DNA of 64,000 bases from IMG/VR virus record IMGVR_UViG_3300037067_002612, positions 1-64,000 of that record; one strand, 5' to 3'. The DNA comes from a virus. Lineage: Duplodnaviria; Caudoviricetes. Shown here piece after piece: positions 9,175-18,332 of this stretch. Made by a program: the position numbers and the translations under genes. The stretch's first letter is position 1. Each line of letters opens with the position of its first letter. A model generated the notes under the pieces. It searched no databases. It saw only the letters and a program-made list of their open reading frames with translations, and was not told where the DNA came from.

Positions 9175-9935
9175 GTGCAGAACTTATTACATTTATCATT
9201 CCGTTTACTCCTACCACATTTGATAGACAAAAAATCTATATGTGGCTCAGGGATATGCTGGCGATTACATCTAAAAAATGGTCATATAATATAAATGTGA
9301 TAGAAACAGATGACCCATTTAACAATCCTAGGCAATACAACAAAGCCGCTGCTATTATTTCCGCTTTTACCAAAATACCTATTCAGAGTGATATTATAGT
9401 AATACATGATGCTGATGTTTGGTGTGGTGGTCTTCCAGAAGCAATATCTATGGTGTCAAATCGTGAATATGATATGGTTATGCCTCATAATCATGTGGTT
9501 AGATATAGCTTAGATACTACTCAACAAATATTAAGTGGGCAACGACCTATTCAATTACAACAAAATGATATTAGTGAGCACAAGCACAGTAGACTAAATC
9601 ATAATACTGGTGAATATACTACGAAAACATCCATAGCCGGATGTGGTGGTATAGTAGTTATAAATAAGTCAATTCTCTATCAGTACCCGCCAGACATAAG
9701 ATTTCAAGGATGGGGAGCAGAAGACGAAGCATGGTTTACAAAACTAAGTACACTGTGTAATATACATAAATGCGATTGGCCATTATTTCATTTATATCAC
9801 GCAGCCCAAGAACTTACCACATATGACGCAAATTTTGCATTATATAGTAGATATAAAGAGTGTAAACACGATAAAGAAAAAATGACCATTTTGAATAACG
9901 AGGCTATATCTCACATAAGATTGATGCCATCATGA
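9171..9935 (+). CDS. glycosyltransferase (GT2/GT7-like)
   Basis: HDAD DxD motif; FQGWGAEDE; HLYH. Confidence 0.75.
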   Translation: MSAELITFIIPFTPTTFDRQKIYMWLRDMLAITSKKWSYNINVIETDDPFNNPRQYNKAAAIISAFTKIPIQSDIIVIHDADVWCGGLPEAISMVSNREYDMVMPHNHVVRYSLDTTQQILSGQRPIQLQQNDISEHKHSRLNHNTGEYTTKTSIAGCGGIVVINKSILYQYPPDIRFQGWGAEDEAWFTKLSTLCNIHKCDWPLFHLYHAAQELTTYDANFALYSRYKECKHDKEKMTILNNEAISHIRLMPS

Positions 9936-10411
9936 GTAATTTTTCCCCAATGCTGAAATATACCTGGATAATTATCAAACATAAGTATTTCCTGTTGAAA
10001 ATCGGCAGGAGGTTGGGGGTGCCTTATTATCGGTTATTAAAACATGATTTAAGTAAGTTTTCATGGAAAGAATTACCACATTATGCTAGACAATTTTGCG
10101 GTGATAAAAGCGACCAACCGAGTTTTATGAGAGCCTGGTTGCATCATCAAAATAGTAATGACCATCATTGGGAATATTGGATTAACAGAAGTGTTTATCA
10201 TAAAGACAAAGGGGATTGTGACACTATAGATATGAGTGACGCCGCAATCCGTGAAATGATTGCAGATTGGTTGGCTGCCTCACGAGCATATAGTGGTTTT
10301 TGGCCTGCGTCACTAGATAAGTGGACATGGTATCAAGACAAGTGGAATAAAATACATTTGTCGTCGGATACTAAACAAAAAGTATTAGATATTTTAATAA
10401 CTTTATTTTAA
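9932..10411 (+). CDS. HD-domain protein (DUF5662-like)
   Basis: HK...HDLSK, AWLHH..N.HHWEYW, EMIADW motifs. Confidence 0.7.
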   Translation: MSNFSPMLKYTWIIIKHKYFLLKIGRRLGVPYYRLLKHDLSKFSWKELPHYARQFCGDKSDQPSFMRAWLHHQNSNDHHWEYWINRSVYHKDKGDCDTIDMSDAAIREMIADWLAASRAYSGFWPASLDKWTWYQDKWNKIHLSSDTKQKVLDILITLF

Positions 10412-10422
10412 TAGGAATAAAT

Positions 10423-11439
10423 ATGCTTTGTAGCAAGAATGTGTTTGGTAATGGTACAATATATAATATTGATGATGTGCAAGGTAAAATATACTGTGTG
10501 TGTACTGCGTGTATGTCTGTTTGGGCTGATTTTTTAAGTTGGGCCAACGCACATAAATTTCGTATGGTTTTCACTCCACAAGATGCTGATAATATTATTG
10601 TGCTATCATGTCAAGTTACTGACCTTGCTATATATAATGATTTACAAACACTATGGGCATTACAAAAACAATATCCAACTAAACAGTTTTATATTGGTGG
10701 TTGTTTAGCATACAGGTTTGATATTGAACTTGGTGATAATATTAAGCGTTTAAGCAACACACATGTAGATGGTCAATTTTTATTTGATAATCAACTTGTA
10801 AAATATATAGAACCATTTTGGAGTAATAAAAATGGAAATGCTGGTATTTTATTTCGTCAAGCTTATCCGTTAAGAATTGGGGTTGGTTGTAGTCGTAAGT
10901 GTTCGTATTGCACAATTAGACATACCCGTGCTCCATGTTATAATTTAGATGCTAATGTAGACGAATTAGTATACGCACATAAAATATGGCCTCGTAGAAA
11001 CATTGTCCTGATTGCTGATAATCCCACTGTGGTACAACTTTCTAAGTGGTTGGTGACTGCTGAAAAAGAGAATATACCTATTTCTTTACGCAATATAGAA
11101 CCTTCTACTGCTGTAGAATTATGGAAAGAAATTAAGATATTGTCTTCTGAATCATTATTATCTGTATTTCACTGTCCAATACAATCATGTGATGTAAAAA
11201 TATTAGAGAATATGAACAGAGATGTGGCGAACACATTATACATTTATAATCATATATATCAATTGGCCGCACACACAACTTGTGCTACTAATATTATTGT
11301 AGACTATATGGATTTTAATAATAATTGGACATTGGATGTATATGATAGGTTTCATTATGTCAGTTGGAATCCGTATTGGGACAATAAATGGGATTTAGAC
11401 AAGGCTAGATTACGTTGGAGAAGATATTTCGGGGCTTAG
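10423..11439 (+). CDS. MiaB/MtaB-like radical SAM protein without TRAM domain
   Basis: CSRKCSYC cluster motif; N-terminal AD.IIVLSC.VT and GGCLA; H.PIQS. Confidence 0.7.
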   Translation: MLCSKNVFGNGTIYNIDDVQGKIYCVCTACMSVWADFLSWANAHKFRMVFTPQDADNIIVLSCQVTDLAIYNDLQTLWALQKQYPTKQFYIGGCLAYRFDIELGDNIKRLSNTHVDGQFLFDNQLVKYIEPFWSNKNGNAGILFRQAYPLRIGVGCSRKCSYCTIRHTRAPCYNLDANVDELVYAHKIWPRRNIVLIADNPTVVQLSKWLVTAEKENIPISLRNIEPSTAVELWKEIKILSSESLLSVFHCPIQSCDVKILENMNRDVANTLYIYNHIYQLAAHTTCATNIIVDYMDFNNNWTLDVYDRFHYVSWNPYWDNKWDLDKARLRWRRYFGA

Positions 11440-11486
11440 AAAAAATCGGGGATTTCTTTTTAGGGTATTAAACAGAAAGGTGTTAT

Positions 11487-11789
11487 ATGAAAGAACAAAC
11501 TATTAAATATTTATGTGATGATTGTGGTAGCCTCACACCACCACATAAAATAGCACACGTAGATGATTCAGGGAAACCGTGTTTAGATGGTGCAGGAATG
11601 GATATTTGTTTCGCTTGCCTAGATGAACGCATACAACATAGCGTCTCTTTGACTCCCATAGGTAGACAATGTAAGACATGTAGCGGGACTGGTAAGACCA
11701 AAGAATATTACGGACATAATGAATATGATTATAAAGACTGTGTTGATTGTGGTGGAATTGGATATATCAAACTAACACACAAAACCTGA
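11487..11789 (+). CDS. Cys-rich zinc-finger protein
   Basis: CxxC pairs and DnaJ-like CxxCxGxG repeats. Confidence 0.6.
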   Translation: MKEQTIKYLCDDCGSLTPPHKIAHVDDSGKPCLDGAGMDICFACLDERIQHSVSLTPIGRQCKTCSGTGKTKEYYGHNEYDYKDCVDCGGIGYIKLTHKT

Positions 11790-11790
11790 C

Positions 11791-11893
11791 GGCCAATGTA
11801 GATGAACCGCTATCATGGAGAGTCGTTCGTCCGTAAACGAACTATGACTTGGGCACATGGATAGTAAAGTGCAAGGTGTCTACTGTGTTGGTT
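11791..11893 (+). ncRNA. candidate ~100-nt rod-like structured RNA
   Basis: nested complementary segments GCCAAT/GTTGGT, GTAGAT/GTCTAC, CTATC/GATAG, GAGTC/GACTT, GTTCGT/ACGAAC fill the intergenic gap. Confidence 0.4.
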
Positions 11894-11916
11894 ATAAATA
11901 ATGTTTTTAAGGAGAA

Positions 11917-12309
11917 TTGATAATGAACGTAGAACGAACTAAAGTTTTGATTACTTGTAGTGAGTGTTTTGAAGATGTCATTTTACAACATACAAAAGAC
12001 TGTTCATATGACATTCTTTATATAATTGAGGGAGATGAAGTTTTTGTTTTTGATTATAATACTAGGGTAACAACCAATATCCTAAATCAGATAAACACAT
12101 ATAAACATACTCTTAAATTTGTTTGTCCTGAGGCACCTAGTACAGCACTAACGCTGTTGTTTTATGCTCTATGCACTGAGGAATTAGACGCTGTGTTTAG
12201 TATTTATTTAGATGATTGTTTAGAGTTTAATAACGAATTCGAGGAAGATTTAGTGACCAAATGGATAGAACAAGGATATTACGCGACTGTAGCTGACAAT
12301 GGACAGTAA
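11917..12309 (+). CDS. hypothetical protein
   Basis: ORF with AAGGAG SD. Confidence 0.55.
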   Translation: MIMNVERTKVLITCSECFEDVILQHTKDCSYDILYIIEGDEVFVFDYNTRVTTNILNQINTYKHTLKFVCPEAPSTALTLLFYALCTEELDAVFSIYLDDCLEFNNEFEEDLVTKWIEQGYYATVADNGQ

Positions 12310-12787
12310 AACACTAAATATTACAGAGCAACAATTCAATACTTATTTACTAGATTTAACTGATAAGATTAAAAATAGTAATATGCAGTTTGATGTTGTT
12401 GTCGGAATTGAAAACGGTGGATTACACGTTAGTGTTCCATTGGCGGAAGCATTAGGGATACCGCATGAGTCTATCAAAGTAAGTTGGTATGATGGCCAAG
12501 TCCTGCAAACACAACCAATCGTTGACTTACACGATTTTAATTTAAGTAAATACAAAGCTTGTTTATTTGTTGATGATATCATAGATAGTAGGGCAACAAT
12601 AAATAAAATAAACCGCCTTTTACACTTGCGTGAGAATGATGCTTTTGCTAGTGTGTTTATAAAATTTTATAATCTATCTGAATGTGGATATTATACATCA
12701 GATAATGTTTTTATATTTGGATATCGCCTTTTCGTGTCACAAAATATTGACGGTGATACTTGGGTTGTTTTTCCGTGGGAGAAATAA
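12299..12787 (+). CDS. purine phosphoribosyltransferase (Gpt-like)
   Basis: VVGI.NGG, LFVDDIIDS PRPP-binding loop, C-terminal WVVFPWE. Confidence 0.8.
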   Translation: MDSKTLNITEQQFNTYLLDLTDKIKNSNMQFDVVVGIENGGLHVSVPLAEALGIPHESIKVSWYDGQVLQTQPIVDLHDFNLSKYKACLFVDDIIDSRATINKINRLLHLRENDAFASVFIKFYNLSECGYYTSDNVFIFGYRLFVSQNIDGDTWVVFPWEK

Positions 12788-14259
12788 TGAACATTGAAAA
12801 TGATATTAAACTAGACTTTGACGATGTATTAATCAAGCCTAAGCGGTCTGAAATGACAAGTCGTGCAGACGTACAACTTGAAAAGACATATAAGTTTTTA
12901 CATACATCACAAACTTGGACTGGGTTTCCAATTATAGCAGCTAATATGGATACAATTGGCACCAAAAAAATGGCCATCTCGTTGGCGGCTTATGGTGGAT
13001 TGACCGCGCTGCATAAATATCACAATAATGTAGATATCAGAGAATTGTTTACTAATGATATTTATAAAAATTGTGTTTTTTACACTATTGGGATATCAGA
13101 CGTGAATAAACTTGAGGATTTAGACTACATGCATCTGAATAATATACCGTATATGATATGTGTGGATGTGGCTAATGGATATAATCAACAGTTTATTGAA
13201 AATGTATCATATATCCGAGAAATGTATCTTGGGTCTATTATTATGGCTGGAAACGTAGCTACGCCTGAAATGACACAAGAGTTGTTAATTGGCGGTAGAG
13301 CAGATATAGTCAAGGTGGGAATCGGGCCAGGGTGTTTTATTGGTGATACATTAATCCAAACTACAGTTGGTTTAAAGAAAATTGCTGATGTGTGCATCGG
13401 TGATTCAGTCTTAACTCATAATGGAACATATCAAAAAGTAATAGGTACAAAATCTAGGCAGGAAAATAATAAATTATTAGAAATCAATGATAATATTTGC
13501 ACTACAGAACATGAGTTTTATGTTTTACATCAGCAATATTATAAACATGGTATGACATATGATGACACAGCAAAATTTGGTGAATGGATACAAGCACAAT
13601 ATTTAAACCCAGACCATTATTTGTTGATTTGTAGAATAAGTGGACGCAAGCCATTTCTATCAGGCATTGAGATATATGAACATAATTTACAATCGCCAGA
13701 AAATGTATACGATATTGAAGTCGAAAACAGTAATTCATTTTGTGTAGGGTATCATAATATTATAGTACATAATTCTGCCTGTACCACTCGCAAGGTTACT
13801 GGTGTAGGATATCCTCAGTTATCTGCTATTATGGAATGTGCTGATGTGGCTCATGGTCTAGGAGGACATATCTGTGCTGACGGAGGATGTAGAGAAGTAG
13901 GGGATATTTGCAAAGCATTTGGGGCTGGAGCGGATTTTGTAATGTTAGGTGGATTATTAGCAGGAAGTGATGAGTGTGACGGCGAATGGATATACAAAAA
14001 TGCTGGTTTAGATGACAACTATAAAGGTCAAAAAACAGGGATGAAGTTTTATGGTATGGCGTCTCAAAATGCCCTAGATAAATATGGTCAGAATAATGAC
14101 TATAGGACAAGTGAAGGACAAATGATAGAAGTCCCGTATAAAGGCCCAGTGTCTAATGTAATTCAACAAATTCAAGGTGGCTTACGTAGTGCATGTGCAT
14201 ATGTTGGAGCACGTACACTGAAAGATTTCCCCAAATGTACTACTTTTATAAGGACTTAA
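12787..14259 (+). CDS. guaC: GMP reductase, intein-containing
   Basis: KLDFDDVLIKPKRS, AANMDT, DVANG, KVGIGPG|SACTTR, ADGGC, FYGMAS, GGLRSACAYVGA. Confidence 0.9.
   Translation: MNIENDIKLDFDDVLIKPKRSEMTSRADVQLEKTYKFLHTSQTWTGFPIIAANMDTIGTKKMAISLAAYGGLTALHKYHNNVDIRELFTNDIYKNCVFYTIGISDVNKLEDLDYMHLNNIPYMICVDVANGYNQQFIENVSYIREMYLGSIIMAGNVATPEMTQELLIGGRADIVKVGIGPGCFIGDTLIQTTVGLKKIADVCIGDSVLTHNGTYQKVIGTKSRQENNKLLEINDNICTTEHEFYVLHQQYYKHGMTYDDTAKFGEWIQAQYLNPDHYLLICRISGRKPFLSGIEIYEHNLQSPENVYDIEVENSNSFCVGYHNIIVHNSACTTRKVTGVGYPQLSAIMECADVAHGLGGHICADGGCREVGDICKAFGAGADFVMLGGLLAGSDECDGEWIYKNAGLDDNYKGQKTGMKFYGMASQNALDKYGQNNDYRTSEGQMIEVPYKGPVSNVIQQIQGGLRSACAYVGARTLKDFPKCTTFIRT
13333..13773 (+). mobile_element. 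mini-intein in GMP reductase (147 aa)
   Basis: CFIGDT...CTTEHEF...VYDIEVE...IIVHN|S; no endonuclease motifs. Confidence 0.9.
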
Positions 14260-14260
14260 T

Positions 14261-14473
14261 ATGGTTATTTTTATTATTACTGCGTGTGTCGTAATGACTA
14301 TTATAAATATAGTAATATATTATATGCTTAGAAAACGCGATTCACAATACTATTTATATTTTTTAACACGGGTATCAAAAAATAGAGCAGTAAAAATCTT
14401 AACAGACTATCAATATCCATTTGTAATCGTTAATAGTATGATTATGGTTGAAGTGCCACCAAAACCAGAATAA
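14261..14473 (+). CDS. small membrane protein
   Basis: N-terminal hydrophobic helix. Confidence 0.5.
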   Translation: MVIFIITACVVMTIINIVIYYMLRKRDSQYYLYFLTRVSKNRAVKILTDYQYPFVIVNSMIMVEVPPKPE

Positions 14474-14491
14474 ATTTTAATATTTTTATCT

Positions 14492-15256
14492 ATGATTATA
14501 TTTCTAATTCCCGTGCGTCATAATGATGGCGTCAAAGACTATAATTTATTGTGGTGGCGATTAAACAACACACTTAGAAGTATTGTCCTACAAACCGACG
14601 ATGATTGGAGAGTTGTAGTTTGTGCCAATAAAGTTTTACCAATTTTTAATGATATACCCGATGATAAAGTAATATTCATTGAACAACAACGCCCCTTTAT
14701 AGCCCACACACAATTAAAATGGGACGCACAGTATTTTCGGTCTCATGTGATTGACAAAGCAATGAGGAGACAATGCGGTGTTCTATACTCGATGAATATG
14801 AACTGGAAGCCAGAGTGGTATTTTATGGTGGATGCCGACGATTATTTAGCATTAGATTTAGTAGAAAACCTACATGCACTTCCTGCTAATAGTTTATGTG
14901 TTGGTATTACTCGCGGTGTGGTGCTCAACACTAAAAATGAGTATTATGTAACAGACAATTTTAATGAAATGTGCGGTACGTCGTTCGGGGTTAGGCCGTC
15001 ATTATTGTATGACACTATGAACCAACATGACAATACAAATACATGCGTGTTACTTGGACATCATCAACCAAAATATTTTATGAGATTATGTAAAAATACG
15101 CAAGTTTCTTGTTTAAGCAATAAAGTATACGCTGGATATTTACTGCATGAAGAAAACCACGGTAAATACTTGTATAATTTTGAAGGCGAATGGAAACCAA
15201 TAACAGAACAAATTCGGAAGCGTTTGTCTATACACTTGACATCACCGCAGAACTAG
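14492..15256 (+). CDS. GT-A fold glycosyltransferase-like protein
   Basis: FLIP, TLRSIVLQT, MVDADD, CGTS motifs. Confidence 0.65.
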   Translation: MIIFLIPVRHNDGVKDYNLLWWRLNNTLRSIVLQTDDDWRVVVCANKVLPIFNDIPDDKVIFIEQQRPFIAHTQLKWDAQYFRSHVIDKAMRRQCGVLYSMNMNWKPEWYFMVDADDYLALDLVENLHALPANSLCVGITRGVVLNTKNEYYVTDNFNEMCGTSFGVRPSLLYDTMNQHDNTNTCVLLGHHQPKYFMRLCKNTQVSCLSNKVYAGYLLHEENHGKYLYNFEGEWKPITEQIRKRLSIHLTSPQN

Positions 15257-15263
15257 GTATAAT
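15236..15263 (+). promoter_or_regulatory. sigma70-type promoter
   Basis: TTGACA-N16-TATAAT upstream of the zinc-ribbon gene and ssb. Confidence 0.75.
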
Positions 15264-15280
15264 AAAACGAGGAAAGAATT

Positions 15281-15484
15281 ATGTCTGAGATATTGGAAAG
15301 CGATTGTTTTACAGTAATTGACTCTCACCATTATTTAGACGGTTATACAGAGATTGAATTGGAATGTTGTAACTGTGGGCATGAGTTTATTGTAGATACA
15401 CAGACAGACCTTAACATGGTATGGATAGGTGATAGATTTATTCCTCAATGCCCTCATTGTAATTATAATGAAATTCTTTTTTAA
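15281..15484 (+). CDS. zinc-ribbon protein
   Basis: CCNCG...CPHC. Confidence 0.6.
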   Translation: MSEILESDCFTVIDSHHYLDGYTEIELECCNCGHEFIVDTQTDLNMVWIGDRFIPQCPHCNYNEILF

Positions 15485-15496
15485 GGGAGATAGATT

Positions 15497-15931
15497 ATGG
15501 CAGCGTTTAACAGAGTTATTTTAGTTGGTAATGTCACACGTCAACCAGAGCTACGTAGTGTTGGTAATGGTACATCTGTAACTAGTGTTGGAATGGCTGT
15601 CAACGAATCGTATAAAAAGGATGGTAAAACTGTCGAGTCCACAGTATTTGTTGATGTTACGTTTTGGGGGCGAACTGCCGAAGTTGCAGTAGAATATTTA
15701 ACCCCCGGAATGCCAATTCTCATAGAGGGTAAACTGAAACTGGACAAGTGGCAAGACACAGATGGTAAGAATCACAGTCGTTTAACTGTTACTGGAGACC
15801 GTATGCAAATGCTTGGTGGTAAAAAGGATTCAGTCAATCAAGAGTCCACACTACCATCAGAAAATGTCGAAACAGATAGTGTTGAAACCGATAATGCCGT
15901 GGCAGATAATAATACGGCTATCCCATTTTAA
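15497..15931 (+). CDS. ssb: single-stranded DNA-binding protein
   Basis: FNRVILVGNVTR.PELR, FWGRTAE, IEGKL, acidic tail ending IPF. Confidence 0.95.
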   Translation: MAAFNRVILVGNVTRQPELRSVGNGTSVTSVGMAVNESYKKDGKTVESTVFVDVTFWGRTAEVAVEYLTPGMPILIEGKLKLDKWQDTDGKNHSRLTVTGDRMQMLGGKKDSVNQESTLPSENVETDSVETDNAVADNNTAIPF

Positions 15932-15947
15932 GTGAAAGCAACATATC

Positions 15948-16823
15948 ATGGAATTTGCTCAAGTATTACAATCATATATGATGGACGTAGACACCACGCC
16001 GTATAAGGATGTTACGCTGGCGTATCAAATAGCGGAAAAAGAGGGTGTCCAATTTCCACTACAATATCTAAAAATAACATATGATAATTTATTAGAAATA
16101 ATTAAAGGTGATATTGACTTAAGAAATATGATGATTGACAACTGTCCTAATCTTTTTACTATAAGACCAAACATACTTGTCAGTGTCCAGCACATATATA
16201 ACATTATTGACGGAAGAGATAATGGATGGACTGTTATAAATCGTCACGTTACAACCAAGGCAATGGACGTATTGACAGAAATAAAGAATAAAATAGACGC
16301 ATTGCGTTGGGTTATACCTTTAAGCAATGTGTCTGCTGGATGGTCATTAATTATAGAAGAGTTGCCTTTAGTGTTTGATATCCCTGTTATAAAATATCCA
16401 TTGATGCCAGTTTATTATAAAGTACATTCATTTTATAATAAAGCTGTGATTTTACAAGTCACTACTTATGGTGATACTTATAATGATGTGAATGAATGGT
16501 ATGATATTAACACTAGTAAATTATTATATCCCGAGAAATCAATTGGCGTTTGGAATAATAAAACAGACAGACTAATAGAATTTGCTCAAACCATGTCTCA
16601 AGCAACACAACTACCATATGTCAGAGTAGATTTCGTTGCATCGGCTGCGGGGCCACTTTTTTGTGGTTTTGCATGTACTCCTGGCGATATGAGAAACACA
16701 AAATATAGGGCGTTTTATGACGCACATAATAGTGTATTTATGAAAAATTGGCAAGAAGCAAAAGAAAAATTAAATATTAAAAATGCACCAGTCTCATTAC
16801 GCAACGCAGATTATGATAATTAA
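15948..16823 (+). CDS. TupA-like ATP-grasp protein
   Basis: IIEEL, YKVHSF, PYVRVDF, F...PG motifs. Confidence 0.55.
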   Translation: MEFAQVLQSYMMDVDTTPYKDVTLAYQIAEKEGVQFPLQYLKITYDNLLEIIKGDIDLRNMMIDNCPNLFTIRPNILVSVQHIYNIIDGRDNGWTVINRHVTTKAMDVLTEIKNKIDALRWVIPLSNVSAGWSLIIEELPLVFDIPVIKYPLMPVYYKVHSFYNKAVILQVTTYGDTYNDVNEWYDINTSKLLYPEKSIGVWNNKTDRLIEFAQTMSQATQLPYVRVDFVASAAGPLFCGFACTPGDMRNTKYRAFYDAHNSVFMKNWQEAKEKLNIKNAPVSLRNADYDN

Positions 16824-16831
16824 GGATATGT

Positions 16832-16885
16832 ATGGGAATATGGTTTACTGCTGATACACATGCGTGGCATCAAATGAAGAATTAG
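16832..16885 (+). pseudogene. N-terminal remnant of calcineurin-like metallophosphoesterase
   Basis: MGIWFTADTHAWH matches the family N-terminal D-x-H motif, then stops after 17 codons. Confidence 0.55.
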
Positions 16886-16889
16886 ATTA

Positions 16890-17807
16890 ATGAAATACAT
16901 ATGTGCACAACCACCTATTTTATATTATGAGTGGCAATTACATATTTTTCTTAAGTCTTTAATTACACATGGGATTGATGCAAAAGACATATGTATTATT
17001 ACGTTAAAAGACCATCCTAAAGCTTCGCCAACTTTTCAGACTTTAGGTGAGATATACGGTGTACAAATATATTATTATCCAGACACCAGGAAATCCATTG
17101 TTTATATACCAAGTATACGTCATCATTTATTAATTCAACATTGGCAAAGTAATCCAGAGTTAATAAACGAAGTAGTTTTTTACTGTGATTCAGATATACT
17201 ATTACGGCAACCACTTAATTTACATGACAAACTTAACGATGACATCTGGTATGTGTCTGACGCCAAATCATATATAGGGCATGACTATATTAAACAACAT
17301 GGTGTCAATGTACTGGATAAAATGTGCGCTATTGTAGGTATTAAAAAATCGCTGGTCAAAGAACAACAAAACAACTCTGGTGGTGCTCAGTATTTATTAA
17401 AACATGTGACTACGGAATTTTGGCAGGAAGTGTATGATGATAGTATTAACTTATTTACCGAACTAAGTAAGTATAACCAAACTCAGGAAAAATTATCCAA
17501 AAAACCACAGTTGCAAATTTGGTGTGCAGACATGTGGGCAATACTATGGAATGCGTGGAAAAGAGGAATAACTACCAAGATTACTAGTGATTTTGATTTT
17601 TCATGGGGAAGTAGTACACAAGCAGAGTGGGATAATAAGCCGATTTATCATAACGCCGGTGTTATCAAAAGTGATTGTGATGGTCAATTTTGTAAAGCAA
17701 ACTATATAGATATGCTACCTCCTGCTGATTTACAATTACATACTGAACTGGCAAATAAGAATTATTATCAAGTAGTTCAAGCGGTATTATATGGAGATAA
17801 TATATAA
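16890..17807 (+). CDS. glycosyltransferase-like protein (GT-A)
   Basis: YYEWQ, FYCDSD DxD, GGAQY, WCADMWA, IYHNAG. Confidence 0.55.
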   Translation: MKYICAQPPILYYEWQLHIFLKSLITHGIDAKDICIITLKDHPKASPTFQTLGEIYGVQIYYYPDTRKSIVYIPSIRHHLLIQHWQSNPELINEVVFYCDSDILLRQPLNLHDKLNDDIWYVSDAKSYIGHDYIKQHGVNVLDKMCAIVGIKKSLVKEQQNNSGGAQYLLKHVTTEFWQEVYDDSINLFTELSKYNQTQEKLSKKPQLQIWCADMWAILWNAWKRGITTKITSDFDFSWGSSTQAEWDNKPIYHNAGVIKSDCDGQFCKANYIDMLPPADLQLHTELANKNYYQVVQAVLYGDNI

Positions 17808-18332
17808 ATGGTTTATTGTATGAGGTCTCCTGGTGAAGTTATAGATTTAGTCAATATGATTAAGTATACTGGGCTTAAAGATTTTACAATGGTAGAGGTA
17901 GGATGTTTCTCTGGCGAGAGTACGGAAGTTTTTTTAAATAATGGTGCTCAATATATTTACGCGGTAGACATGTGGCAACCATTACCGAGGGATTATACAA
18001 ACTTAAAAATTGAACCACATATAGCAGAACCAATCTTTGACGCGTGCATGAAAGCATATGATGGACGTGTTTGTAAAATGAAAATGAGCAGTGAACAAGC
18101 TGCCGAGTCTTTTAAGGAAGTAGTAGACTTAGTATATATAGATGCTTGTCATATATATCATGCCGTCAAAAGAGATATAGAAATTTGGATATCTCACATT
18201 AGACCGGGAGGATTTATCACCGGGCATGATTTTAGTGGTAATCATAAAGGTGTAATGCAAGCTGTTACAGAAAAATTTACTCAAGCAAAAATACATTTAT
18301 GTGGCCCCAACTGGGTATATCCAATATGTTAA
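17808..18332 (+). CDS. class I SAM methyltransferase (Methyltransf_24-like)
   Basis: VEVGCFSGES, AVDMW, DLVYIDACH.Y, RPGG.I.GHD. Confidence 0.85.
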   Translation: MVYCMRSPGEVIDLVNMIKYTGLKDFTMVEVGCFSGESTEVFLNNGAQYIYAVDMWQPLPRDYTNLKIEPHIAEPIFDACMKAYDGRVCKMKMSSEQAAESFKEVVDLVYIDACHIYHAVKRDIEIWISHIRPGGFITGHDFSGNHKGVMQAVTEKFTQAKIHLCGPNWVYPIC

